DNA of 64,000 bases, from positions 89,716,001-89,780,000 of the forward strand of contig NC_087436.1 in assembly GCF_036321535.1 (NCBI RefSeq). The letters run 5' to 3'. Below the pieces are notes generated by a model. It was not told the origin of the DNA. It saw only the letters and a program-made list of their open reading frames with translations, and ran no database searches. A program made the translations under genes and the position numbers. This stretch comes from Camelus dromedarius (Eukaryota). Positions 1 through 11,330 of the stretch are shown here, in pieces. Within the stretch, counting starts at the first letter, position 1, and each line of letters starts with the position of its first letter.

Positions 1-1297
1 TGCCCCTATTTGAGACATGCTATTCTCATAGAATAAGATAGTAACATGAGAGCCTGAAACAGACTCTAAAATAATTTTAAAGCTTCTGCTTAACATGATC
101 TACAGCACATCTACTGACATCCAATTGTCAAGAGTATATCACATGGCTAAGCCCAAAATCAATAAGGCTGAGATATATATTCTTCCCACATTATTCATTA
201 GCAAGTCCTATCACATTGGGTAGGTGTTAACCAACTATTATGAATGGGGGGTGAGGCTTTACATACTGGGAATGATAATTCACTCTACAACTATTTCCAC
301 TGGAAAACATAACTGCAAGGAAATATTGAAAATTTCTAGGGGTTCCAACCCATAGATTATGTTTCCTGGGCAAATAGCCAAAAAACAAAGTAATATTTTT
401 CTTTTAGAATAGTTCAACACGTTTGGCAAATAGTCTTGAAAAAAATTACATAAGCTAGGACATTCCAAAAAAGAAAATTTTTCCCTTACAACTTGCTGCC
501 TTACTGAATTGCTGCATTTGTGAACACTTCCATGGAAAATACTGGTTCTTTGAATGACATACCTAGATGTACAGTAAGGAAATTCCTGATAATTGGATGT
601 ATTTGAAAATTCTTGAGTAGCAATGATAATTTAATCTTTGAAAGTGAGTTGTGAATATATTTATCACGTTGTCTTTCTGGTCAACATGAAAGGGTGGTGT
701 ACTAGTTAGCAGGTTAGTGTGATCTAACAAAACTTGGTTTAAACCAATTTTCACTAACTTCAAAGCTTGCCAAACTTTTTTTTAAAAATCATATCCTCTC
801 TGAAAGGAGGAATGGAATGATTATATGCAGAGCTGGGAAAGGAGGAGTGGACAAAAAATCAAACAAACAAACAAAAGGTAGTTGAATAATTTGGAGACTT
901 AGTAGCAGTGATTCCTATTGGTAGAAGTCATAGCTAGAGTGAAAGGTTTAACACTTCCAGAAGACAAAGAGTGCCTGGTAGGTACCACGTCATATCTCCT
1001 ACATGGTTTACTTACTCCAACAGTAAGTAAACAAAGCTTACTGCATTCTTTTTGAAGTTATGTCTACATTATAAAGTGCAAATTGAAAAATCACTATTTT
1101 CGCAGGTGCAAAGATCAAAGTAAAGCTGACCTGTAGAAAGCGAAGAAAGGCAGATTTTGGCTTAATGTTAGCATTTGCTAATTTATTAACCTATGTTACA
1201 ATTGTATGTTCTTCTTCATTAGGAATGCCCTTACTATTTCAAGAAAGCATTTTAAGAAGCATTAAAAAAAAGCATTTTAAAAAAGTTAACTGCGTAG

Positions 1298-1614
1298 AAT
1301 GAACTTATCTACAAAACAGAAGCAGACTCACAGACATAGTAAACTAACTTATGGTTACCAGGGGAAAAGAAAGTGGGAAGGGATAAATTGGGAGTTCGAG
1401 ATGTACAAATACTAACTACTATACATAAAACAGGTAAACAACAAGTTTCTTCTATATAGCACAGGGAACTATATTCAATATCTTGTAATAACCTATAATG
1501 AAAAAGTATATGAAAATGAATATATGTATGTATATGTATGACTGAAGCATGTTGTACACAAGAAATTGACACATTTAAACTGACTCTACTTCAATGAAAA
1601 ATAAATAAAAAAAC
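1298..1614 (+). mobile_element. 5'-truncated young L1 3' end (cetartiodactyl/camelid-type)
   Basis: Typical L1 3'UTR (ACAGACTCACAGACATAG...TATAGCACAGGGAACTATATTCAATATCTTGTAATAACC) ending in an A-rich tail; imperfect TSD AAAGTTAACTGCGTAG (~1282-1297) / AAATTAACTGGATAG (~1615-1629). Confidence 0.9.
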
Positions 1615-1691
1615 AAATTAACTGGATAGGTCACTGAGGGTGATGACTTCTTGACAACTTTTACTACTGAAATTCTATGTCTCATAATTTG

Positions 1692-1910
1692 TCTCTTTGT
1701 TTTTTTCTTCCTTCTACTTTCCTCTCTCCCTGCCTCCTCTCTCTTTCCCTTCCTTCCTTCCTCCCTCCCTCCGTTCCTTCCTTCCTTCATTCCTTTCTCC
1801 CTTCCTTCTTTTCTTTCTTTTTCTTCCTTCTTTCCTTCTTTTTCTGTTCTTTTCTTTTCTTTTCTTTCTTTTCGCCTTCCTGCCCTCTTTTCTCTTATGG
1901 ACTCTTTTTT
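1692..1910. repeat. Polypyrimidine low-complexity tract ((CCTT)n/(CTTT)n)
   Basis: Almost purely C/T on the + strand; accounts for the overlapping F/L/S-rich and K/E/R-rich ORFs. Confidence 0.95.
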
Positions 1911-2476
1911 GATCAACAAAAGTTAAAACACAGATGAAAATAAATTTCTTTCTCCTCTAAATGCACCTGTCATTTTGGTATATTTTAATCAGATTCTTAA
2001 GAATGTGGTCTACAAAGAATCTTTTGCTTAGATATTAAGCTTTTCTCATTTCTTCCTTATCAGCTGTACAAAGGAATTTTCCCCTTAAATAATTACTTTT
2101 AGAAATCTATTTTAAGTTTCCAGTTTCTTAACATTAACATTTAGTCATTGAATAATAATTCTATCTAAGTTTTTTAAATGAATAAACATGAATAGCAAGA
2201 GAAGTTTCATGTCTTATCTTATTGTTTTGACAGTACTAGATGGGTCTTCACTTCAAGGCTAAAGAAAACAATGTTTTGACAAGATGGCTTTCACCTTGAA
2301 TCATAATATTGTCCAGTGGACTTGATAACATCATGGACTTGATCACTATAATTTAACCACAGCATAAGATACAGTTTATTATCCTTCCCTGTGACACTTT
2401 TATCATATAAACAACTCATAAGCAGCTTAGGAAAAGAATAATTTAAAGGATTTTTAAAAACTGTGTAAACCATTTT

Positions 2477-2581
2477 ATTTTAAAAAATTTTATTTTAATT
2501 TTTAGAGAGTGGATGGGAATTTAACACTAGTAAAGGTTACAAATGTAGATGTAAGTTGTGAAGACCCCACGTCACTGGGGA
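2477..2581 (-). pseudogene. Short L1-retroposed copy of an unidentified RNA
   Basis: Perfect direct repeat TGTGTAAACCATTTT(A) at 2462-2477 and 2582-2597; decayed poly(A) on the minus strand; TT/AAAA L1-endonuclease-type site; ~78-nt body not matching the SINE or L1 3' ends seen elsewhere in the window. Confidence 0.75.
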
Positions 2582-3029
2582 TGTGTAAACCATTTTAAAC
2601 TGTATTCTTTGTAAACAAATCTTGAAAGGAATGTTTTTTCCAAATTAAATGTATATTTTACTCAATAATAAGTTGCTTTATTTTAACTAAAAGGACCATC
2701 ATTTCAAAGACTTACAAATCAATAAAACACACTTAATAGTAAAAGATTCTGAATGTTTATGACATCAAAACACACCAGAAGGACCTTACAATTAACATTA
2801 AAAAGTTCCATATAAATTCATTCTTTTTCGTTCTAGTTCTTTATATCCTTGAAAAATGAGTTTCTATAGTTTGGCCATGAATGTGGATATTTTTTCTCCT
2901 AGTCTTCCTTTTCAATATTGATGTGTCTTACAATATTCTCCACTTCTTCAAGAATTGACCCAAGCCTCAATACCTCAAATTCTGAATCTTTTCCATCTTT
3001 CTCCTTTAATATGAAGTGTGGCAAATATA

Positions 3030-3320
3030 AATGCCCCCATGGCCATGAAGGTGAGAGAATGCGTTAGGGGTAAAGTAACAGGGAGTGGTGGAGGTGGTGG
3101 TGACATGGGTGCTTGCTTGTCCTGCCTAAACAAGGCAGTGACGTATGAACCAGTCACCATGTGGGAAAGTGGGCCTTTGGTTGTAAAGATAATCAATTTT
3201 TCAAAAGAAACCACAGATATAAAATTTTGTGTAAAATCTCAAATAATAAATATTGGCCTCTAATATTTCTCTTTTTTTATCTTAGTTCAAAATAAAAGAA
3301 ACACATTTAAGGCAAATCCA
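3030..3320. mobile_element. hAT-Charlie DNA transposon remnant (MER102-like)
   Basis: CACCATGTGGGAAAGTGGGCC...TTTTTCAAAAGAAACCACAGATATAAAATTTTGTGTAAAATCTC resembles the remembered MER102-family core; heavily diverged. Confidence 0.45.
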
Positions 3321-4757
3321 ACCACCAGTCTGAGACAGCTATTTCACACCCACACTCACATATACTTGCTCAGCATTCTAGTATCTTTAGATTAGATTCT
3401 ATGTCTTATGATGACATGTAGGTAATGGGATGAACAAAGCAGTCATGGCTATAATAACCTCAACTATTTATTGCATATATAACTCTATAAAAATGAAACC
3501 ACATATATTCAATTATTTATTGAACATGGATGTTCTGTAGTCTGAATAATTCTAGTTTGGAAATTACTGGAACTAAATTAGTCATGTCATATTTGTCAAT
3601 CTCCGAGAATTAGTGCAAACCACTTTCTCATTTTGACCGATTGTGCATAACTATGTTTCAGATTTAAAAAATGAAGAACAGTAAGGGCATAGTAAGTTTC
3701 AAGAATCTTAATAATAATGTTAAATTTTAACTTTACCCCTTGTGCCATCAAATTATTTGAGTCGTTAACCATGATATGCTCAATAGCATAAGATTTAAAC
3801 ATGCTTAAAATAAGAAATTTCTATTGGACTACCAGGTGCTTGAATAAATCCTTTGCTAAAAATAATTTAAACACAGATAAAATTTAAAATTTATTCATAT
3901 TTAAAAATATTATTATTATTTTTAATGCACCCACGTGTTGTCAAAATTAGAAGAATACACAGAACAGGGAACTTTGGAATCTAAGTAGAGCAGGTGAGCA
4001 GGCTCTACAATGAAATCATTTGCTGAAATTAATTGTTCACTTTCTTGGTCTATTATGCATGGTGGACAAGGAGTGATTCTATTATCTTCTTCAGAAAGAT
4101 GGAATAATGAATGTTTCTACATGTGTATTTGCAATGAAATGTATAGTTCACAAGGCTCAAGTTAATTATAGGACGTATAAATGAGTAAGCAAGATAAATT
4201 GTTTTACAGCCATAGTCAACAAATTGGTTCACATTTCATAGTAGTCCACAGATTTTACTTGCAGAGAAGTGCTTTTGTTGAAGGGAGCAATCACTTTAGA
4301 TATGATTCTCAATATCCTTAAGAAAGCATGAAATGAGAATGTACAGATCAGAAAAACAGATAAAGAATTACTATTTAGTTTTCAGAAAACTCCTTTCTTT
4401 TTATAAAGCTAACCACCTATGCACATTTCTTTTATAAATGACTTTCTCCCTTGAAGTTGAACATTTACCTTAAGATTCTGGATTACTGGACAGTGAGGAA
4501 GAGGACTGAAGATCTTAAAGCATTAGCAGTCACAGAAAATCCAATCAACTGCTATTTACTGAGCATTTACTTTCCATAAAGCGCAGCGTGGCACACTGTT
4601 GATTATAGAGAAGGAGCTAAACATTTGTTCTCAAGAGGTTTACCATATATTGGGTAAGAGATAATGTAAAGAAAGTTGAATAACAATATAAGAAATTCAG
4701 AAATAAACAATACGAGTAAAAAGGGAAATGTTAGTGTCATGACTACATCTAAGCAAA

Positions 4758-5139
4758 TGTTATAAGCTTCATTAGGTCCCCCCAAATTCATATAGTGAAG
4801 TCCTTACCCCTAGTACTTCAGAATGTGGCTGTATTTGGAGACAGGGCCTTTAAAGAGGTAACTTGGTAAAATGAGATCATCTAAGTGGACTTTATTCCAA
4901 TACGGCCGGTGTCCTAACAAGGAGAAATTAGGACACAGATACAGAGGGAAGACCATGTGAAAATATCACAGTAAGACAGCAATCTACAAGCCAAGGAGAG
5001 AGGCACTGTGAAAAAACCAACCATGTTGATCCCTTGATCTTGGATGTCTAGCCTCCAGGATTTTGAGGAAATAAATTTTTATTTTTTAAGCCACTTAGTG
5101 TTTGGTACTTTGTTATGGAACCCAGAGCAAACTAATACA
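4758..5139 (+). mobile_element. MaLR solo LTR (MLT1B-like)
   Basis: TGTTAT...CCCCCAAATTCATATAGTGAAGTCC...TTTGTTATGG...AAACTAATACA; TG...CA termini; 5-bp TSD GCAAA/GCAGA. Confidence 0.9.
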
Positions 5140-8100
5140 GCAGACAACTGGAAACACAGTCCAAAGAGGCCTGACCTGAGTGTTCTGCCATTAAGAGATT
5201 TTCACCTGGAAAGAGGACTTCATAGAGGAGACGAAGCAGAAGAAGACAAAGAATATTTTCTTTATCAAGACGAGAAATTGTCTACATCAATGTAAAAGAG
5301 CACCTAATTTGCAGACAAGGAAGCTAAATTTCATAAAAATGTACACTATAGAGGAATTGAATAATAGGACAATTCAATTTATATTTATTAAATTGAATGT
5401 TTTACTCCCATTTTTCTTTGTGCTAAGAAACACATTTAAACCATTGTGGGTTTTGGGAGGGAATTTAGCTTTAGCTGATTTTCTACATTTTGAAACATGC
5501 ATAAATAATTGGTTTTGTTTCTTTTAAGATTCAAATCCTCATAAACTCTTTAGATTAAAATAAGTCATGAGGTGAGCTATAACTGAATGAAAGTTGCTAA
5601 TGATGGTCCTGCAGAAATGGAATGGGCTTTGCTTAGAATCATTTTGGCAGCATAGAACAGGATGATTATCTTGAACTTGTCTTCCCAAATTAAATTTTAG
5701 ATCAGCTAAAAATTATAAAAAAGAAACCTAACACATTAAGGGATGAAGTGGATTAATGGTTAAGTATTCTTAAGTTATCTCACAATTATTTAAGTTATAA
5801 TTTTGGCATTATTTTTACAATGCTTTTCTATAATGCAGAGATTACTGAAAATAATTTAAGTTAATTTCCTGATTCATTAATATTTTAAGGTGCTTTATAA
5901 TTAAGCTTTGCCATGGAGTGGACTATTGCATCTCCAAATGAAATACAGTGTTCTATTTTCTTGGACTATTTATTTAGTATCAGAATGTCCAATTTATAAC
6001 AAAATAGAGAATTATACATTAAAATGAAAGCTAAGATATCTAACTTTCCTCCCAATAGAGGAATCTTTTCTACTGTGTAACTGATGTGTGATTATTCAAC
6101 CTCCAATAAAAAATCTTCAAGGACAGGTTTTTCACTACACCACAACTTAGCCTTTTGAAAGTTTCCTAAATCCTAACATTTTTATCATCAACATATGGTA
6201 AACTGCTCATGAGCTATACTATGATTTATTTGATTTTGTAACTCCAAAGTCTACTTCTAGGCCCACAGTGGGAATGCAATAAAAATGTGTGCAAGTAAAT
6301 TGAATTCAATATCCTGAGATTTACCTGTCGACAGTTCAGTCAAATTTTTTATACTGGAGCAAAGATGAATATTTTCTGCAAGAGTTCTAGGGATGTGGAA
6401 AAGGCTTGGGTTTCTGATCTATTCTTAAATGTCCTTGGGATTCTAGCCTACTCATAGTTGATGTCAAGTTATACCATTTGCCAATCAAGCTTTAATGCTA
6501 ATCTTAAAGGTTGTCAATGTAAGTTTTGAGATACTGCTTTGTTTTGCTCATTTCAGACCCAGTTTTGGGCACCCTGTGTGTTTTCCAGCCCCTGGTAGTT
6601 TGTGTATCCCCCTTCTGTTACAGTTAGGGTGGACGTGGACCTATATGGTTAGTGGCGGGAGGCTTGCAATTAGATATCAGAACATAGTCTAGGAGAACTA
6701 TTATTAGAAATATTTCCATTTAATTTTAATCACCAGCATGACTATTCTTGTGTCAGTGAAATAATGCTTTCTCCTTGAACAAGGTAAATATTTTTATACA
6801 GCATGTGGAATTCTGAGAGACTCCTGGCTCAAATCCTTGTATATTTTCTAGAGAAGGAAAATAACAGGTTATTAAGAATATTTCAAATGAGGCCTTTGAA
6901 GGAAATCCCTAAAAGATTAAAATTCTATATCTGGGCCAAGTGAATAAAGTACTAATAAATTGACATACAGATTGAAACACTCACAGATTAATATTTAGGA
7001 GAAGAATTTAGGTCAAAGAGTGAAAGGATGGTTCATATACAATTTTCAATACATATAAAAGCAATTGTGCTTAAGCATGCATTTATTCCAATGCTAGGGA
7101 TGTTACTCAAACAGCTTTGGAAATTATGCTATACAGAAAAATGTATACTAGATGGCAGTCTAAGTACCCTTTTCATCTCAGGCTGATTTTTGGATTCCAA
7201 TCAATGAGTAGGGGAGAAAAGAAAGTATTATTCATTATTTTATCAAATAAATGCTTTTATTATTACATAAGCATAGGGCTTAAATGACTAAACAAATGAG
7301 TTGCAATTCAACTTTGAAATGACATAATGCATCTTTTACTGGTACATCATCCAGAATTGCAATTGCATCTTGAAGCCAAAATACCCTTTGAGACACCTTG
7401 ACACAAGTTAAAATTGTGTTTGTAAGATCCATAGCATCCTTTCCTTTATGCAGTTCCTCACTGCTTGCCCTCAAGTGTCTGTTTTAAATAAAGCAATGAT
7501 CAAATGAAATTAGAAGCAAAACACAGATATTTTTTAATTTTTTAGGAACTTTAAGATTCTGAAGATCCAGGTCCAATCCAATTGCAGCCACATCTTAGAT
7601 TATTAGTGAGTGTTTTAATTATCTATGTGGACTTATGCTGTCCTAATAGATAGAAAACTTTATGTTTATTCTTAAAATCTTATGTTTATTTTCATTCCCA
7701 TTTTCCAGATTAGTGCAGAATTTTTATTCTCACTTTCTTTCTATATTTACTTTCTTTTCAGTTTTTTTTTGTTTGTTTGTTTTTCTCTGAATGTTACACA
7801 GGGCCAAAATACATCTTTAAAATATATTTATTTTGACATTGCTTTTCTATAAAAGCAAAAAGTTATACCTTTGGAATTTTGTTTTGTTTTCATTATATTT
7901 GCTCATGGTCTAGTCTTTTTGTTATTTTTTACAGAAGATGTTTGTGAGTGTTGAAATCATTTGCTCATATGTAATCCAAGCTGGCTGTTTAAATGCAATT
8001 TGCATACTTGTTTCAAAGATGTCTAAAAAGCCACAGACAGCCCTGCTAGTTTCATTTGCATAAAAGCCTCAAAGCTCCAAGCTGCTGGGGAATTGGCAGT

Positions 8101-8189
8101 ATTGGAAACTAAGTTGCCTCGGGTACTGAAAAAGCAAAGGAGTTTAGGGGGAATGATAGATTTTTAAGCTTGGAGCTGAGAAGATAATA

Positions 8190-8430
8190 AATAATAGGTA
8201 ATACTTCTTTTGAACTAACTAAATGCCAAGTACTGCAATAAACTATATTCCGTGTTATTTCATTTAACTTTTAATCATTTGAGGTAGGTAGTACTATTAA
8301 TCTCACTTTATAAATCAATAAACTTGGTTCAGCTTAGTTAAGCAATGACCTAATGTCATAGAAAAAATTAGTTCTGGAGCCAAAGCTCAAATCCAGGCAG
8401 CTCCGTTGCAGATTCTAATCCACTCCATAG
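8190..8430 (-). mobile_element. MIR SINE
   Basis: Antisense MIR core: TGCCAAGTACTG...GAGGTAGGTAGTACTATTAATCTCACTTTATA...GTTAAGCAATGACCTAATGTCATAG...CTCAAATCCAGGCAG. Confidence 0.75.
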
Positions 8431-8989
8431 ATCTGATCTACGAAATTATACCACCATCGTCCAAATTACAGGGTTCAGAAAACTATGTAATTCTAGGCAG
8501 GGGCGATACTTGAAATCAGTTAAAGTATCATTACTGTGATTCCTGATAGACCAATGGCAAATAGGGCCCAGAGATTTGTGTGTATTGAAGGTACAGTATC
8601 TAACCCCAGGCACTGGGACTAGTAAGGACTAAGCAAGTTGACTGACCAGCTAGTTGACAGTTTTCAGGAGGAAACAAAAGTGCTTATCAAGAACTGAGGA
8701 AGCAGTCTTTGCACATATATATAGCTACCATAAATACTGATACAAGGTGTGCAACAGATGACCAATTAGAAGACCTCACATACTATCTCTAGTGTAGGTT
8801 TTCATATATTGTGCATACAATTTAAAGAGAAAAACAGTTCCACAGACCTCTTAGAAGCAGCAGTATCACAGTCCCACTTCACAGATGCAACCATGTGCAA
8901 CTCTTACTATTCTTTTAGTATTCCCTCTACATCTCGATCTATCACCTTTTTTATTTTTTTTTACTGTTTAGTGGGATTTTTTCTTTTAT

Positions 8990-9078
8990 TCTTTAATTGA
9001 AGTACAGTTGATTTACAGTGTTGTGTTAGTTTCTGATGTACAGCAAAGTGATTCAGTGATACCATGTATATATTCTTA
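8990..9078 (-). mobile_element. L1 3' terminal fragment
   Basis: TTTAATTGAAGTACAGTTGATTTACAGTGTTGTGTTAGTTTCTGATGTACAGCAAAGTGATTCAG, preceded by a T-rich tail. Confidence 0.85.
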
Positions 9079-9599
9079 CTACTTTAACATTTTTCCTTTT
9101 TGACTTTATCAATCAATTTCATAGTATGGGAGAGAAAGATTTACTCTTTTTCATGCATAACCCCATCATATCTCCCCTCTCTAGCTCCCCATCTTGCCAT
9201 TATCCTTCTATCATAATTTTGGTAAGATCAATATTTAATATTCCTGTTATTGTAACTATTATGATTATGTGACTGCCTTCTCAACTGAGCCATGTGGTAT
9301 GCCATGATTACTTTTCATTCCCGTGCATTTTTGTCTCCCTTAGAGTTAATAATTACCCTTTTAAATGTTTGCTTAGTTCTCTAAACACGTTATCCTATTG
9401 GTTTCACATTTTTGAAGAAATCCTTTCTGGAAGTTTCTTGTTCCCATCTAGATTGGTTTATCCCTAGGTCTGATGTCTCCTGACACCGTCACATTACAAA
9501 TTCTGTTAATCTCTCTCTTACCTTGGATGGCCCAGTTCCTGGATCCCATGATTTCCATATTTCTGTTTTCCTTCCCAATTTTGCTGGATCAGATACTCA

Positions 9600-11330
9600 G
9601 GAGCTCCCCAAGCACCCGGGTCGAGGCACACCTGCTAACAGACTTGACATATGAAAATATCTTTGTGTGTTTGTTTCTGTTTTACACTCACACTTAATTT
9701 GCTTGGCTTCTTATAGGATTCTAAGTAGGAAAGCATGTTTCCCTCAGAGTTTTTAAGATGTTCCTTCGTTGTTTTCTAGCTTTTCAGTATTGTTGTTGAA
9801 AAATTAAATATCTTCACATGAGGCCTCCTCCCCTTTTCAGAAATGTCATGGGATCTTCTCTTTATCCTGCTTTTGAAAGTTTCCCAGTGGCATGGATTGT
9901 TGAGAAGGGCCAATGCACTACAAAAATCCAGGGCACACTTGCAAAAGGCACATGTCAAAGAAAATTCATTCACATTGCCGATGACAATGCTGCCCCTAAA
10001 GTTGTGCAGTTGACAACCTGTGTTACTATATAAAACAATCCCATTGAGTGGGACTATTTTCCTCTATGGCACTGGCACTGGATTCAATGTGGAGTCTTAT
10101 GACTCCGTGATCTAGAACATTTTCTTGAATTGTTTTGCCTTTTCTTCTTCCTCTCTTTCCACTTCTCTGTCATCTCTTTTTGAATCACTGTTGTGTGGAT
10201 GTTAAAAACCCTATGTTGATCCTCTAGCTTTTTTTTTCCTTTCCTATATTTTATCTCATTGTTCTACTCACTGGGAGATTCTCTCAACTTTATCTTCCAT
10301 TTATTCTACTGATGTCTTCATATCTAATATAATAGATTTATTTTCCAAGGACTCATTTCTTCGTTTGCTGAATGCCCCTTTTTTCCCCAATATATTCTTA
10401 TTTCTCTTACTTCTCTGAAGGTATTTATTTAAGTTTGTGTGAGTGTGTATACTTGTGTGTGTGTGTGTGTGATTTTCACCTCTCTTTGTCATCTCTTTTC
10501 TCTGCCACGTGTTTCTGTTTCTCTTGGCTTTTGTCTTTCTTGGTAGAGATGTGCTTCAAATGTCTGTTCACTTGTGACTCTAGACTCATATTTAAAAGAG
10601 GAGCACTAAAAATTTGAGTGGGTTTTCCATGCACATGGAAAAGACTGTGGGCTTCCCTTTGGGGCAATATAGCGATGCTGCTTAGTGGGGAAACCCTTGA
10701 TGTTATTAGTTTCAGTACTTTTCTGTGAGCTTGTCAGACTCCTGGGAAAACTTTCAGGTGGCTTGTAGGACACAATTACTGCTTTCATTTCTGGGCTCCT
10801 GGTGAGATAATATATTCAGAATCTAAATTTCTCCACAGTTTTCTTGTTTTAGTTTAGTACTCTGATCTTCAGCTCAGATCATAGATATTCCAATTTGCCT
10901 TCTCATGTTAATATGTCAAAATTCACCTGCCCAGTGAGTAAGGAAGTTAGCAGTTGCTTACTTAGCTATGCAGAGGAAGGGAGGTAATCTGGGGGTTTAA
11001 ATGGACTTTGAACTGCTCTTCCTGATTTTATTCTACCACCTTTATTCCAACCTCCATATGTACCCAATACTGCCAGTTCCTGAGTCACTGGTTCTTTGGA
11101 ATGCATTGGGTCATCCTAGAAATTCTCACATTTCATCATTGGATTAGGATTCGGCTCTCTTGAATCTACTAAATCACTTACTGCTTTTCCAAATTGCTTT
11201 CAGCTTCCAATATGTTTCTGTCTTTGTTCTCTGGGTTTACTTTCTCTTTTAAAAATAGCTTTTTAAAAATGAGATTTCAAGAAGTAGGGGAGACACTTCT
11301 TGTGTTAACATTCGTCATCTTGAACCAAGA
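9600..11330 (-). mobile_element. Ancient L1 (L1M/L1ME-type) fragments, interrupted
   Basis: T-rich antisense-L1-like text (e.g. ATAGGATTCTAAGTAGGAAAGCATGTTTCCCTCAGAGTTTTTAAGATGTTCCTTCG); highly degraded, boundaries uncertain; possibly contains a MER91-like MITE at ~9890-10040. Confidence 0.45.

Noticed and set aside
1575..1937. Four overlapping ORFs of 71-114 aa
   Set aside because: Produced by the stop-poor pyrimidine/purine microsatellite; the peptides are low complexity.
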